DNA of 64,000 nt from positions 1,760,001 through 1,824,000 of the forward strand of contig OY843592.1 of assembly GCA_963692865.2 (NCBI GenBank), in the 5' to 3' direction. This DNA comes from a bacterium. Lineage in GTDB: Bacteria > UBA8248. The translations under genes and the position numbers were made by a program. How positions within the stretch are numbered: the first letter of the stretch is position 1; the number at the start of each line of letters is the position of its first letter. The notes under the pieces are model-generated. The model was not told the DNA's origin and made no database searches. It saw only the letters and a program-made list of their open reading frames with translations. Shown here one piece after another: positions 1-8,628 of this stretch.

Positions 1-211
1 CCTCGTAGTCGAACCACATGGGCGTCATGTTGACCCGTCCGTCGGGGCCGATGAGGCCCAGCGTGACCGTGATCGGCTTGTCCAGCAAATCCCTGTAGAT
101 GGGGTCCAGAGCCGCCAGACCGCTCGCCTTCGTCCGCTCGCCCACGGCGAACTGGCCCTCCTGCAGACCCTCGGACACGTCCTTGAACTTGGCTACGGTG
201 AATTCCGCCAT
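1..211 (-). CDS. Pyridoxamine 5'-phosphate oxidase-like (PPOX class, possibly F420-dependent) oxidoreductase, 5' part, runs off window
   Basis: Manual translation MAEFTVAKF...LLDKPITVTLGLIGPDGRVNMTPMWFDYE (split-barrel PPOX pattern); AGGAGG RBS at 221-226; not in the ORF track. Confidence 0.7.
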   Translation of the reverse strand, partial: MAEFTVAKFKDVSEGLQEGQFAVGERTKASGLAALDPIYRDLLDKPITVTLGLIGPDGRVNMTPMWFDYE

Positions 212-420
212 CGCGCACGTCCTCCTGAAGCGTGAAAAGTAATGGGTGGATTTCCCGGATGCTAGCAGGGGAGGGACGGCCCGGCAAGGGGGGAGGCTTA
301 TCTCGCCCTTTTTTATAGGATAGGACGATTACATCGAAGCGGGAAACCCGTTTCGTTGCAAATATCGGGGCATTCGTGTAGGGTAGAAGGGAATTGTTTT
401 TTCTACCCTGGGGGCCGGCG

Positions 421-678
421 ATGAGTCTCAACATCAAGAATCAGGAAACCTGCCGCCTCGCCGGCGAGTTGGCCCGCCTGACCGGCGAGACGATGACCGG
501 CGCGATTACGGTTGCGCTGCGTGAACGGCTGGCGCGCGAGAAACGCCTGCGCGACGCAGACGCTCGCGCTCGAAGGTTGCGCGCCATCGCGGAGCGTTGT
601 GCGAAACTATTGGGGCCGGGGCCGTCCGCCGTGGAGCACGGGGAGGTGCTCTACGACGAACGGGGGTTGCCAAAATGA
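421..678 (+). CDS. vapB: VapB-type antitoxin (Rv0623-like)
   Basis: [37 protein letters not shown]...LYDERGLPK; ATGA overlap with PIN toxin. Confidence 0.85.
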   Translation: MSLNIKNQETCRLAGELARLTGETMTGAITVALRERLAREKRLRDADARARRLRAIAERCAKLLGPGPSAVEHGEVLYDERGLPK

Positions 679-1061
679 TCGTCGACAGTTCGGCGATCCT
701 CGCCGTTCTCTACCGTGAGCAGGACGCGGAACGCTACGAGAAGGCGATCGCTTCGGCCGCGCGCCCCCGCATGTCCGTCGCCAACCTGCTGGAGACTTCC
801 ATCGTCCTGGAAGGCCGCGGCGGCGAGGCGGCGGGGAACGAACTCGATCTGTTCCTGAAGGACGCCGAAATCGAATTGGCGCCCGTCACTATCGAGCATC
901 TGGAAGCGGCCCGGCGCGCCTGGCGGCGCTTCGGCAAGGGGAATCATCCGGCGTCGCTCAACTTCGGCGATTGCTTCGCCTATGCGCTCGCCGACCTCAT
1001 GGACGAGCCGCTGCTGTTCAAGGGCGAGGACTTCGCCCGTACCGATATCGAGGCGGCGTAA
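675..1061 (+). CDS. vapC: VapC PIN-domain toxin
   Basis: [10 protein letters not shown]...[12 protein letters not shown]...LLFKGEDF; ATG at 675 overlaps vapB stop. Confidence 0.9.
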   Translation: MIVDSSAILAVLYREQDAERYEKAIASAARPRMSVANLLETSIVLEGRGGEAAGNELDLFLKDAEIELAPVTIEHLEAARRAWRRFGKGNHPASLNFGDCFAYALADLMDEPLLFKGEDFARTDIEAA

Positions 1062-1150
1062 ACGGCGATGCGCCGTGGAATGCGGAATCACCAGGATTTG
1101 TTTCGTTCCCCTGATGCTCAACCATTCTCCGCCGTGATTTGAACTTCTAT

Positions 1151-1194
1151 TTGAATTATACCCATATTGGGCATTATAATGCCCAATATGGGTA
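1151..1194 (+). promoter_or_regulatory. Sigma70-like promoter overlapped by a perfect 36-bp palindromic operator
   Basis: TTGAAT(1151-1156)-N18-TATAAT(1175-1180); TACCCATATTGGGCATTA|TAATGCCCAATATGGGTA at 1159-1194. Confidence 0.75.
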
Positions 1195-1850
1195 ATTTGG
1201 CTGCGACGCATCTCTCTCGCATGACTCGCCGCAAGGCGTCCGGGTCCGACGCCGCACCCACAGGTCTCGCGGATGCGCTGTTCACCACCACCCAGCAGCG
1301 GCTCCTGAAGCTGCTTTTCGGCCAGCCCGGGCGGAACTTTTTCGCGAGCGAGTTGATCCGCTTGACAGGGTCCGGCTCCGGCGCCGTGCAGCGTGAACTC
1401 AAGCGCTTCGCGTCCAGCGGGCTGGTGAGCGTCACCCCTATCGGCAGGCAGAAGCATTACCAGGCCAATCCGGAATGTCCGGTGTTCGAGGAGGTGAGCG
1501 GCATCGTTCGCAAGACGCTCGCCCCGGCGGAACCGATTCGCCAGGCGTTGAAGACGCTCGCAGACCGCGTCAGGCTCGCCCTGGTGTACGGGTCGGTCGC
1601 GGAGGGGACCGATACGGCGGGCAGCGACGTCGACCTGCTCGTCGTCGCCGACGGCGTGATGCTGGAGGAGATCTACGACGTACTCTCACCTGTGGAGGCC
1701 GGCCTCGCTCGGCGGATCAGCCCCACGCTTTATACGTCGGCGGAATTCGACGAACGCAGAGCCGCCGGAAACTTTTTTCTGACGAACATATTCGCCGGTG
1801 AGCACCTCATATTCATCGGAGACGAAGAGGACGCATCCGCAACTCGATAA
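1188..1850 (+). CDS. HTH + minimal nucleotidyltransferase (MNT) antitoxin
   Basis: N-terminal wHTH-like (LFTTTQQRLLKLLF...GAVQRELKRF); YGSVAEGTDTAGSDVD = GS-x10-DxD; start uncertain (1188 or 1221). Confidence 0.8.
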   Translation: MGNLAATHLSRMTRRKASGSDAAPTGLADALFTTTQQRLLKLLFGQPGRNFFASELIRLTGSGSGAVQRELKRFASSGLVSVTPIGRQKHYQANPECPVFEEVSGIVRKTLAPAEPIRQALKTLADRVRLALVYGSVAEGTDTAGSDVDLLVVADGVMLEEIYDVLSPVEAGLARRISPTLYTSAEFDERRAAGNFFLTNIFAGEHLIFIGDEEDASATR

Positions 1851-2247
1851 TCTGGTGCGCGTCGGCCGGCTCAAGAGCGAGCCGGCCGCCGGTGAGGAAA
1901 TCGAGGGCTTGGTCCGCTCGGGCGTCCACCGCCTGAACGACGCCGAACGCGAAGATCTGAGTCTGGAGAGCCGTTTCGATCTCGCCTACAACGCCGCCCA
2001 TGCGCTGGCGCTCGCCGCGTTGCGCAAGCGAGGCTATCGTTCCGATTCTCGCTATCTGGTTTTTCAATGCCTCCGGCACGCCATCGACCTGCCGCAGGCG
2101 CAGTGGCGCGTGCTTGACGAAGCCCACCGCAAACGCAACCTCGCCGAGTATGAAGGCGTCCTGGACGTGGGCGAAGAACTCATCGCCGCATTGCTGCGGG
2201 TGGCGCGGGAAGTGGAGAGGCGCGTGCGCGACGGGATGAAGCCTTGA
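1798..2247 (+). CDS. HEPN-like toxin partner of MNT
   Basis: RFDLAYNAAHALALAALRKRGYR...HRKRNLAEYEG; overlaps MNT stop; true start unclear (see findings). Confidence 0.7.
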   Translation: MSTSYSSETKRTHPQLDNLVRVGRLKSEPAAGEEIEGLVRSGVHRLNDAEREDLSLESRFDLAYNAAHALALAALRKRGYRSDSRYLVFQCLRHAIDLPQAQWRVLDEAHRKRNLAEYEGVLDVGEELIAALLRVAREVERRVRDGMKP

Positions 2248-2310
2248 AGAAAATTTTTTTTCTGAGTGGTTTCGAAAAAAACCTGCCCCTGCTTTCCATT
2301 TCGACTAATG

Positions 2311-2634
2311 GGGGTTGTTGAAAAACCTTGTTTCGCTCGGATTGACCACTGCCGTCATTCCGGCGAAAGCCGGAATCCATTTTTCGACTTTTGCCTTTCT
2401 TGAGGGTTCCCGCACATCGGCCGGGAATGAAACGCCGTCGTTTATTCACCCGCATCCGCAAATGGATTCCGGCTTTCGCCGGAATGACGAACAAAACCGT
2501 TCCATTTCTTTGAGACAGGTCACGACCTCGGACAGGCGCAGGAGCCTGTCCGCGACGCATCCTGTTCCCCGCTTGTTTGCATAAGCCGAATCACGAAACC
2601 GGGCTTTCTCCAACAACTCCCTCAAGGGGGGAGT
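2311..2634. repeat. Composite intergenic repeat: GGGGTTGTTGAAAAA-type end plus inverted REP doublet (2354-2379/2463-2488)
   Basis: GTCATTCCGGCGAAAGCCGGAATCCA and its reverse complement; same modules recur elsewhere in the window. Confidence 0.85.
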
Positions 2635-2769
2635 GGTTCGGCCCGGCCTGCAAGGGGGTTTTCGACGACCCCTAATGGCGAAGATGAGAGTAACCAAGAG
2701 GCGGTATCAGCGACCGTGGTGTGCTAGGATTCGCAAAGTCGAACTTCATCATAGAGGGAGGACGGGTTC

Positions 2770-3699
2770 TTGCGCCGCGTCGTATCGCTCCTGCCGAGCA
2801 GCACGGAGATCATCCACGCCCTGGGCTGCGGCGATCGCCTCGTGGGACGTTCGCACGAGTGCGACTATCCCGCCGGAATTGCCGATTTGCCCTACTGCAC
2901 CGCGCCCAAATTCGACACGAACGGCGCGAGCCGCGAGATTGACGAGCGCGTGAAGGCGGTGCTCCAAGATGCCGTCTCCGTCTACGACGTCGATGCCGCG
3001 CTGCTCGACGAACTGGCGCCGGACCTCGTGGTCACGCAGTCCCAGTGCGAGTTGTGCGCGGTGAGCCTCGCGGACGTCCAGGCGGCCGTGGGCGAACTGG
3101 TGCGCTCGAAGCCGGATGTTCTCTCGCTCGAACCCAATGCGCTGGGAGACGTCTGGCGCGACATCGCATCTGTGGCGGCGGCGCTGGGAATCCCCGAGCG
3201 AGGCGAAGCGCTGCTCGGGGAATTGCAGGGACGACTCGACGCCATCGCCGGGCGCGCGCGGGAGACGGGGCGCAGGCCGCGCGTCGCCTGCATCGAGTGG
3301 TACGATCCCCTGATGGCGGCGGGCAACTGGGCGCCGGAACTCGTGGACATCGCAGGCGGCGAAGACGTCCTGGGCGTCGCCGGCGAACACTCCGCGTGGC
3401 TTGAATGGGAGGCGCTGGAGGAGGCCCAGCCCGAGGCGATCATTCTCATGCCGTGCGGTTTCGACATCGCGCGCTCGCGCAGCGAGTTGGCGGCGCTCAC
3501 CGGAAGAGCCGAGTGGACGCGCCTCGATGCCGTGCGAAGGGGAGAAGTGTTCGTGACCGACGGCAACCAGTTCTTCAACCGTCCGGGGCCGAGGCTGGTC
3601 GAGTCCGCCGAGATACTGGCGGAGATTCTCCATCCCGACGCCTTCGCCTTCGGCCATGAAGGCGCGGGCTGGGAGCGTCTCGAAGCGCGTGCGGCCTGA
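2770..3699 (+). CDS. BtuF-like cobalamin/iron binding-protein-fold protein lacking a signal peptide
   Basis: RVVSLLPSSTEI, GRSHECDYP, TQSQCELCAV, MPCGF, FNRPGPRLVESAEILA; TTG start. Confidence 0.75.
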   Translation: MRRVVSLLPSSTEIIHALGCGDRLVGRSHECDYPAGIADLPYCTAPKFDTNGASREIDERVKAVLQDAVSVYDVDAALLDELAPDLVVTQSQCELCAVSLADVQAAVGELVRSKPDVLSLEPNALGDVWRDIASVAAALGIPERGEALLGELQGRLDAIAGRARETGRRPRVACIEWYDPLMAAGNWAPELVDIAGGEDVLGVAGEHSAWLEWEALEEAQPEAIILMPCGFDIARSRSELAALTGRAEWTRLDAVRRGEVFVTDGNQFFNRPGPRLVESAEILAEILHPDAFAFGHEGAGWERLEARAA

Positions 3700-3726
3700 T
3701 TTCCATTGGAGTGACCTGAATCAATC

Positions 3727-4560
3727 ATGAACGAGAATAACTGGCGGGTTCTCCACGAGCGCGCCTGCCGCGCCGGCGAGGAGTTCTACCTCGACCCCGA
3801 GACGGGCCGGCGCGTCTTCACCGAGGTCGGGCTTCGCCGGCGCGGGAGTTGCTGCGGCAGCGGTTGCCGCCACTGTCCCTATGCGCACGAGGCGGTTCCG
3901 GTGGAAGAACGCCCCCGCCTCGCCCGCAGGCCCGCCTGGATGACCGGCGTAAGTCCCCCCTCTGAACCCGTAGATGCTCTTTTCTGGAGCGGCGGCAAGG
4001 ACAGCTATCTCACCTACCGGGCCTTGCGGCGCGAGGGTTCGAGGCCAGTCGTTCTGATCACCACCTTCGACGCGCAGAGCCGGAAAATCGCTCACCAGGA
4101 ACTCGACATCGAACTGGCGGCGCGACAGGCGGAACACCTGAAAGCCCCGCTGCTGGGCGTGCCGCTCCATCCGGGAGAGGCCTATGAGGCGCGCATCGCC
4201 GAGGCGGCCCGCATGGTTCCGCGGATCGCGCGTTTCGTCTTCGGCGACCTGCATCTCGAACACATACGCGACTGGCGGGTGGAGGCGTTCCGGAAACTGG
4301 CCGCCGATCTTGGCGCGTCGCTCCACTTCCCGCTGTGGGGCGCGCCCTATGATGCGCTGATGGACGATTTAGAGGCGAGCGGCGCGGTATGCGAGGTGTC
4401 GGCGGTGACGGAAGACGCCCTGGGCGTCGTGCGCGTGGGGCAGCGCTTCGACCGCGCGATGATGACGGCCCTGCCCGAGGGCATCGACCGCTTCGGGGAA
4501 AACGGGGAGTTTCACACCCTCGTCAAGGTCTGGGCGGGGGACGGGGGAGCGTTAGACTAA
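3727..4560 (+). CDS. Cys-rich DUF5522-like domain fused to Dph6/MJ0570-type PP-loop ATP pyrophosphatase
   Basis: YLDPETG...RGSCCGSGCRHCPY, then WSGGKDS PP-loop, FGDLHL, FPLW, GENGEFHT. Confidence 0.75.
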   Translation: MNENNWRVLHERACRAGEEFYLDPETGRRVFTEVGLRRRGSCCGSGCRHCPYAHEAVPVEERPRLARRPAWMTGVSPPSEPVDALFWSGGKDSYLTYRALRREGSRPVVLITTFDAQSRKIAHQELDIELAARQAEHLKAPLLGVPLHPGEAYEARIAEAARMVPRIARFVFGDLHLEHIRDWRVEAFRKLAADLGASLHFPLWGAPYDALMDDLEASGAVCEVSAVTEDALGVVRVGQRFDRAMMTALPEGIDRFGENGEFHTLVKVWAGDGGALD

Positions 4561-4896
4561 GACCCCGGTGGCGCAAGCCGTTCGAGTTGGGAGATAAGTC
4601 GGGGAACGTCCTGTTGGACGGTCTCCCATACGCGCTTCAGGGTTGACGTTGAAATATCCATGCACAAGACGGTTTCTCATGCCGATGATTTCGGGCCAAG
4701 GGATTTCAGGGTGCGCCTCTTTGAATTCAGGGCCGACTTGAGAGGCGGCTTCTCCTATGATTTCTATGGCTTTTAAGATGGCGAATTGCGCCATGCGGTT
4801 TTGCTCAAACTCCACGAAGCCCAAACCGTCTGTGAACGCCGCCGCCTCGCGCGCCGCCTGAAGCATGTCGATCAGCCAGGCGTCATCACGCCGCAT
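4557..4896 (-). pseudogene. HepT/DUF86 HEPN RNase toxin, frameshifted
   Basis: EIIGEAA...IPW..IIGMRNRLVHGY; removing one base from GGG at 4640-4642 restores LKRVWETVQQDVPRL...PPGS*. Confidence 0.75.
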
Positions 4897-5197
4897 AAAT
4901 CGTCTCGGTGGACTGAAGGATGGCTTCGCGGCGGAGGTGGTTTCGGCTTTGTTCGACACCCGCGCGTTCGACGAGGTCGACCTCGCGTCCGAAAATCGCC
5001 TTGAGCTCCTCCTCCATGCGAACCATGTCGAAGAGCGTGTGGCGCGCGCCGTCTTCGAAGCTGACGAGGAGGTCGACGTCGCTCTCGGGCCCGAAGTCCC
5101 CGCGCAGCGCGGGGCCGAAGACGGCGAGTCGCGTGACCTGCCAGCGTTCGCAAAAGGCGGTGATATCCTCGCGCGATGCTTCGACGTTCAGACGCAT
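4886..5197 (-). CDS. MntA-type nucleotidyltransferase antitoxin (motif variant)
   Basis: LAVFGPALRGDFGPESDVDLLV...FGREVDLV; overlaps toxin start. Confidence 0.8.
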   Translation of the reverse strand: MRLNVEASREDITAFCERWQVTRLAVFGPALRGDFGPESDVDLLVSFEDGARHTLFDMVRMEEELKAIFGREVDLVERAGVEQSRNHLRREAILQSTETIYAA

Positions 5198-5300
5198 GGC
5201 GCGGCTCCTTAAGGCCAATCCTTAGCCTTGAATATCGAGCGACGCGGTCATTTTCTCATAATCCACGCGATGCGTCTCGCCCTGTCGGAGGAGCCTGCAC

Positions 5301-5543
5301 GGGGCTGTTGAAAAACCCCTCCTCGCTCGCAATCGGCCAGCGTCGTCATTCCGGCGAATGCCGGAATCCAGAGCCGAGGAAAATGGCGACGTTCCGGTTT
5401 TTTATCCTCCGCTCATTGGCGGGAATACAGAAGAAATAAAAAAACAAAGGTAAAGTCCCTGGATTCCGGCATTCGCCGGAATGACGATCAAAAGCGCATT
5501 CGCATCATGCAGCATGGAGGGACAGACCCCCGTGCCTGTCCTT
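5301..5543. repeat. Composite repeat: GGGGCTGTTGAAAAA end, REP doublet (5345-5370/5460-5485), GGACAG...CTGTCC REP
   Basis: Direct match to the other copies. Confidence 0.85.
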
Positions 5544-5574
5544 ATGTACCTCCCGGTTGGCTCCATACGCTGAA

Positions 5575-6030
5575 TCACAAAATCAGGGCTTTATCAAGGG
5601 CCTTCGGTCGCTCCCAGTCGGCGGCGCCGCCGGGTACGACGCGAAAGAGGGGATGGGGCTCGGGAGAGGGCGCCGCCGCGAATTTCTCGTGCAGCTCGGG
5701 CGCGCGGGTTTCCAGTTTTTTCATCAGGCGCCGCCATTCGAAGTCGAGCTGGCCGCTCGTTACGTCCAATCGCTTGGAGGTGCGGCTGCGGCCTATCTTG
5801 CCTTTATCGAAGCGGTAGCCCCGATTTACGGATTCCGCGTGCACGGCTCTCAGGTATTCGGCGATGAGGGCGGCGGGCCTGCCGCCTGCGCGGAAACGCT
5901 CCAGTTGGGGGTGGTTTCGGTAGCCCTTCGTCTCGCCCGCCAGAACCGCCTGGGCGAGCAGGGCTTCTCTCCACAGGGCGACGAGGCCCCTGGCGTCCAG
6001 ATATTCGGGATGAAGACTCCACAAGCGCAT
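5575..6030 (-). CDS. Pyrimidine-dimer DNA glycosylase / endonuclease V family
   Basis: MRLWSLHPEYLD..GLVALWREALLAQ...GYRNHPQLERF...RGYRFD. Confidence 0.85.
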   Translation of the reverse strand: MRLWSLHPEYLDARGLVALWREALLAQAVLAGETKGYRNHPQLERFRAGGRPAALIAEYLRAVHAESVNRGYRFDKGKIGRSRTSKRLDVTSGQLDFEWRRLMKKLETRAPELHEKFAAAPSPEPHPLFRVVPGGAADWERPKALDKALIL

Positions 6031-6082
6031 CTTCCATCATCCGATGGCGGCCGGATTCGGGAGGGTTTCGGGTGTTCCTCGT

Positions 6083-6883
6083 CTACTTTTTCTTTCTCGG
6101 CCTTCCGTTGATGAAGGCTTCGCGCACGTAGCGGACGACCGACCAGATATCCTTGTCCTTCAGAAGGTGGCCGTAGGATTTCATGAAGTCGAACTTCTTC
6201 ATCTCACTGGCGTCGATGCGGCCGAGTTTGATGACCCAGAAGAGAAACCCGTCGCCGAAGCGCGCCATCTGTTCTTTCAAATGATAGTTCATCGGCGGCG
6301 GCTGGATGTGGCTGATGAACGGCTTCCCGGGGTCCTGATCCTCCACGGGGCGGACTCCGTTGCCGATACCCTTTTCGCCGTGGCACTGGGAGCAGGCGTC
6401 GATGAACATTTTCCTGCTCTCCTCATCTTTCGGTTGATTGCCTTTGCTGAAGCCGCGCACCCATTTGATGAGCTTCCTTATCTGCGCGTCTTCGAGCGCC
6501 TCGCCGAAGGAGGGCATGGCGGTGGGGACGCCGTTTTTTATCTGGTGGCCCCTGGTCCGGTTTTTCAGGACGTTCATCTTGCCGAACTTCACGACGGTGA
6601 ACATGTAGTCGTCCGTCATGCGCTTCATGTAGGGGCTGATGAAGACTTGCGGCCTCGGTCTCACCGTCCGCCAGATCGGCCCCTTGCCGTCGCCCTTCAC
6701 CCCGTGGCAGGAGAAGCAGATCTCCTCATATATCTTCTTGCCCCGCCGGTAGTCCCCGCCGTTTCGCTTCGCCGTCTCGGGATTGGGAGGGATTCTCTTC
6801 GCCGCGCGGGAGGCGGCGGGCGCCGCGAGGCATAACGACAGCGCCAGAGCGGTCCACAAACTCCCTTTTTCCAAAAATCTCAT
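6083..6883 (-). CDS. Periplasmic diheme cytochrome c
   Basis: Signal peptide; CFSCH and CSQCH; distal Met candidates (TAMPSF, FMKSY). Confidence 0.85.
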   Translation of the reverse strand: MRFLEKGSLWTALALSLCLAAPAASRAAKRIPPNPETAKRNGGDYRRGKKIYEEICFSCHGVKGDGKGPIWRTVRPRPQVFISPYMKRMTDDYMFTVVKFGKMNVLKNRTRGHQIKNGVPTAMPSFGEALEDAQIRKLIKWVRGFSKGNQPKDEESRKMFIDACSQCHGEKGIGNGVRPVEDQDPGKPFISHIQPPPMNYHLKEQMARFGDGFLFWVIKLGRIDASEMKKFDFMKSYGHLLKDKDIWSVVRYVREAFINGRPRKKK

Positions 6884-7016
6884 TCTTTCGTCCTTCGTCG
6901 TCTTTGCCATCAATGCGGCGCACGGGCGCGCTCTTCGCTCTCCGTCCGGGTCGGGACGCCGGATCCTGAGCGGGAGCGCGCCGGATGCTCACCCGATTTT
7001 GCCGGTTCCGCCTCCG

Positions 7017-7118
7017 CTATCTCCCGGCGCATGGGTTCGCCGCCCCGGCGGGAAGCGGCGCCCAGGCCGAGGCTGTCAGGAGCGCGCCGAACAAGACGAA
7101 CCCCGAATTTCTCGGCAT
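7017..7118 (-). CDS. 33-aa ORF consisting almost entirely of a signal peptide (micropeptide or gene remnant)
   Basis: GGAGG RBS; MPRNSGFVLFGALLTASAWAPLPAGA-ANPCAGR* (TAG). Confidence 0.35.
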   Translation of the reverse strand: MPRNSGFVLFGALLTASAWAPLPAGAANPCAGR

Positions 7119-7231
7119 GGCTCTTCCTCCCTCGGGGAAATGGGTTCGACGCGGCAACGGGAAGGGGACTGACGTCATGGATTCTGCCTCGTGAGGCGGC
7201 GGCGCTGAAGGCATTATATCAGAGTCGGGGC

Positions 7232-7654
7232 TTAGGGGAGCAGCCGCATCCCCAGAACGGCGACGAACAGGGCGAGAAACACGGCGAGAAAGCCGCAGTA
7301 GGAGTGAATCTGCCTTAGATCATCCCTGCCCGGATTTTTCCTGAGCCTCCGGCCCAGCCAGGCCGTCGTCCAGAACAGACCCAGCGCCAGGGTGGCGAAA
7401 TAGCCGTGCGCCGTCTCGTAGAGGGGGCCTTCCAGGGCGAAGCGCATGCCCCCCAGTCCCAGTGCGTAGCCCACCGAGAAAAGAGCAACAAACCACCGCC
7501 CGAGCCGCATGTGCAGGCGGGCGACCCGCGCCGTCTCGGGCCCGGCGCCCCCCTTGCGCGAGCGCCTCACGCGCAGGCCGTTCGCCAGCGTGATCAGGCC
7601 GAGCGATAGCGTGGCGACCTGAAAGGCCGGGTGAACGTAAGCCCAATAATTCAT
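7232..7654 (-). CDS. DUF4079-like 4-TM membrane protein with conserved histidines
   Basis: YVHP, RLHMRLG, TAHGY, QIHSY in four hydrophobic helices. Confidence 0.6.
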   Translation of the reverse strand: MNYWAYVHPAFQVATLSLGLITLANGLRVRRSRKGGAGPETARVARLHMRLGRWFVALFSVGYALGLGGMRFALEGPLYETAHGYFATLALGLFWTTAWLGRRLRKNPGRDDLRQIHSYCGFLAVFLALFVAVLGMRLLP

Positions 7655-7802
7655 GCGATCTGCTCCGTAGGGGTTCGAGAAACCGCGCGTTTATCTCCCT
7701 CCCTGTTTACCTTGCCCGATGGGCGGACGCAAAGCTATAGTAGCCGAAACGAGAACCCGGTCCATCGGCCCGCAGTCCCTTGAGTGTCAGAGCGAGGGAA
7801 TC

Positions 7803-8597
7803 ATGAACCTGGAAGACCTGCGCGCCATCGCGCGCGGCAGCAGAGTGTTCGATCTGGGCGTCGAGTTGTTCCCCGGTATGCCCCACGTGCCGCTCCACGG
7901 CCCCTTCGGGTATTCCATGATCAGGGAACACGGCGACTTCATGTACGCGGGCGGCGCGTGCTCGGCGGTGGATACGTTCTTCTGCACCGGCCACACCGGC
8001 ACGCACATCGACGCCCTGGGCCACGTCGCGCGGGACATGAAGCTCCACGGCGGCCTGAACGCCGCCGAGCATCAGAGCAAGACCGGGGGACTCAAGGCCC
8101 ACGGTATCGAGAGCGTGGCGCCCGTCGTGCGGCGCGGCGTGATGATCGACGTGGCGGCATATCTCAAAAAAGACGTGCTGGAGGCGGGTCGGCCCATTAC
8201 GAAAGATGAACTGGGAGCCGCCGCCGCAGCCCAGGGGGTGCGGGTGGAGGAGGGCGACGTCGTCCTCGTGCGCACGGGCCACATGCGCCACTGGCCGGGC
8301 CGTAACTACTATCACCAGAAAGGCGGCGTGCCCGGTATCGACATGGACGCCGCCAGGTGGCTCTCCGATCAAGGCATCTTCATGGCGGGGAGCGACAACT
8401 TCGCGGTCGAGGTGCTGCCCGCCCCCTCCCTGCCCGTCCACTGCCACATGCTGGTGGACAGCGGCATCCACCTGCTCGAAGTCGCCGTGCTCGAGGAGTT
8501 GAGCAAGGCGCGCGCTCATGAATTTCTCTTCGTCTGCCTGCCGCTCAAGGTGCGCGGCGGCACGGGTTCGCCCGTCCGTCCCGTGGCCATCCTGTAG
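7803..8597 (+). CDS. Cyclase family (kynurenine formamidase-like) metal hydrolase
   Basis: HTGTHIDALGH, GDVVLVRTG, GSD, PLKVRGGTGSPVRPVA. Confidence 0.85.
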   Translation: MNLEDLRAIARGSRVFDLGVELFPGMPHVPLHGPFGYSMIREHGDFMYAGGACSAVDTFFCTGHTGTHIDALGHVARDMKLHGGLNAAEHQSKTGGLKAHGIESVAPVVRRGVMIDVAAYLKKDVLEAGRPITKDELGAAAAAQGVRVEEGDVVLVRTGHMRHWPGRNYYHQKGGVPGIDMDAARWLSDQGIFMAGSDNFAVEVLPAPSLPVHCHMLVDSGIHLLEVAVLEELSKARAHEFLFVCLPLKVRGGTGSPVRPVAIL

Positions 8598-8628
8598 GCG
8601 CACTCCTTCCGTTTCCGGTGAGATAGCC

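Noticed and set aside
7017-7019. TAG as a pyrrolysine or readthrough codon
   Set aside because: The downstream frame has no recognisable domain and there is no pyl evidence
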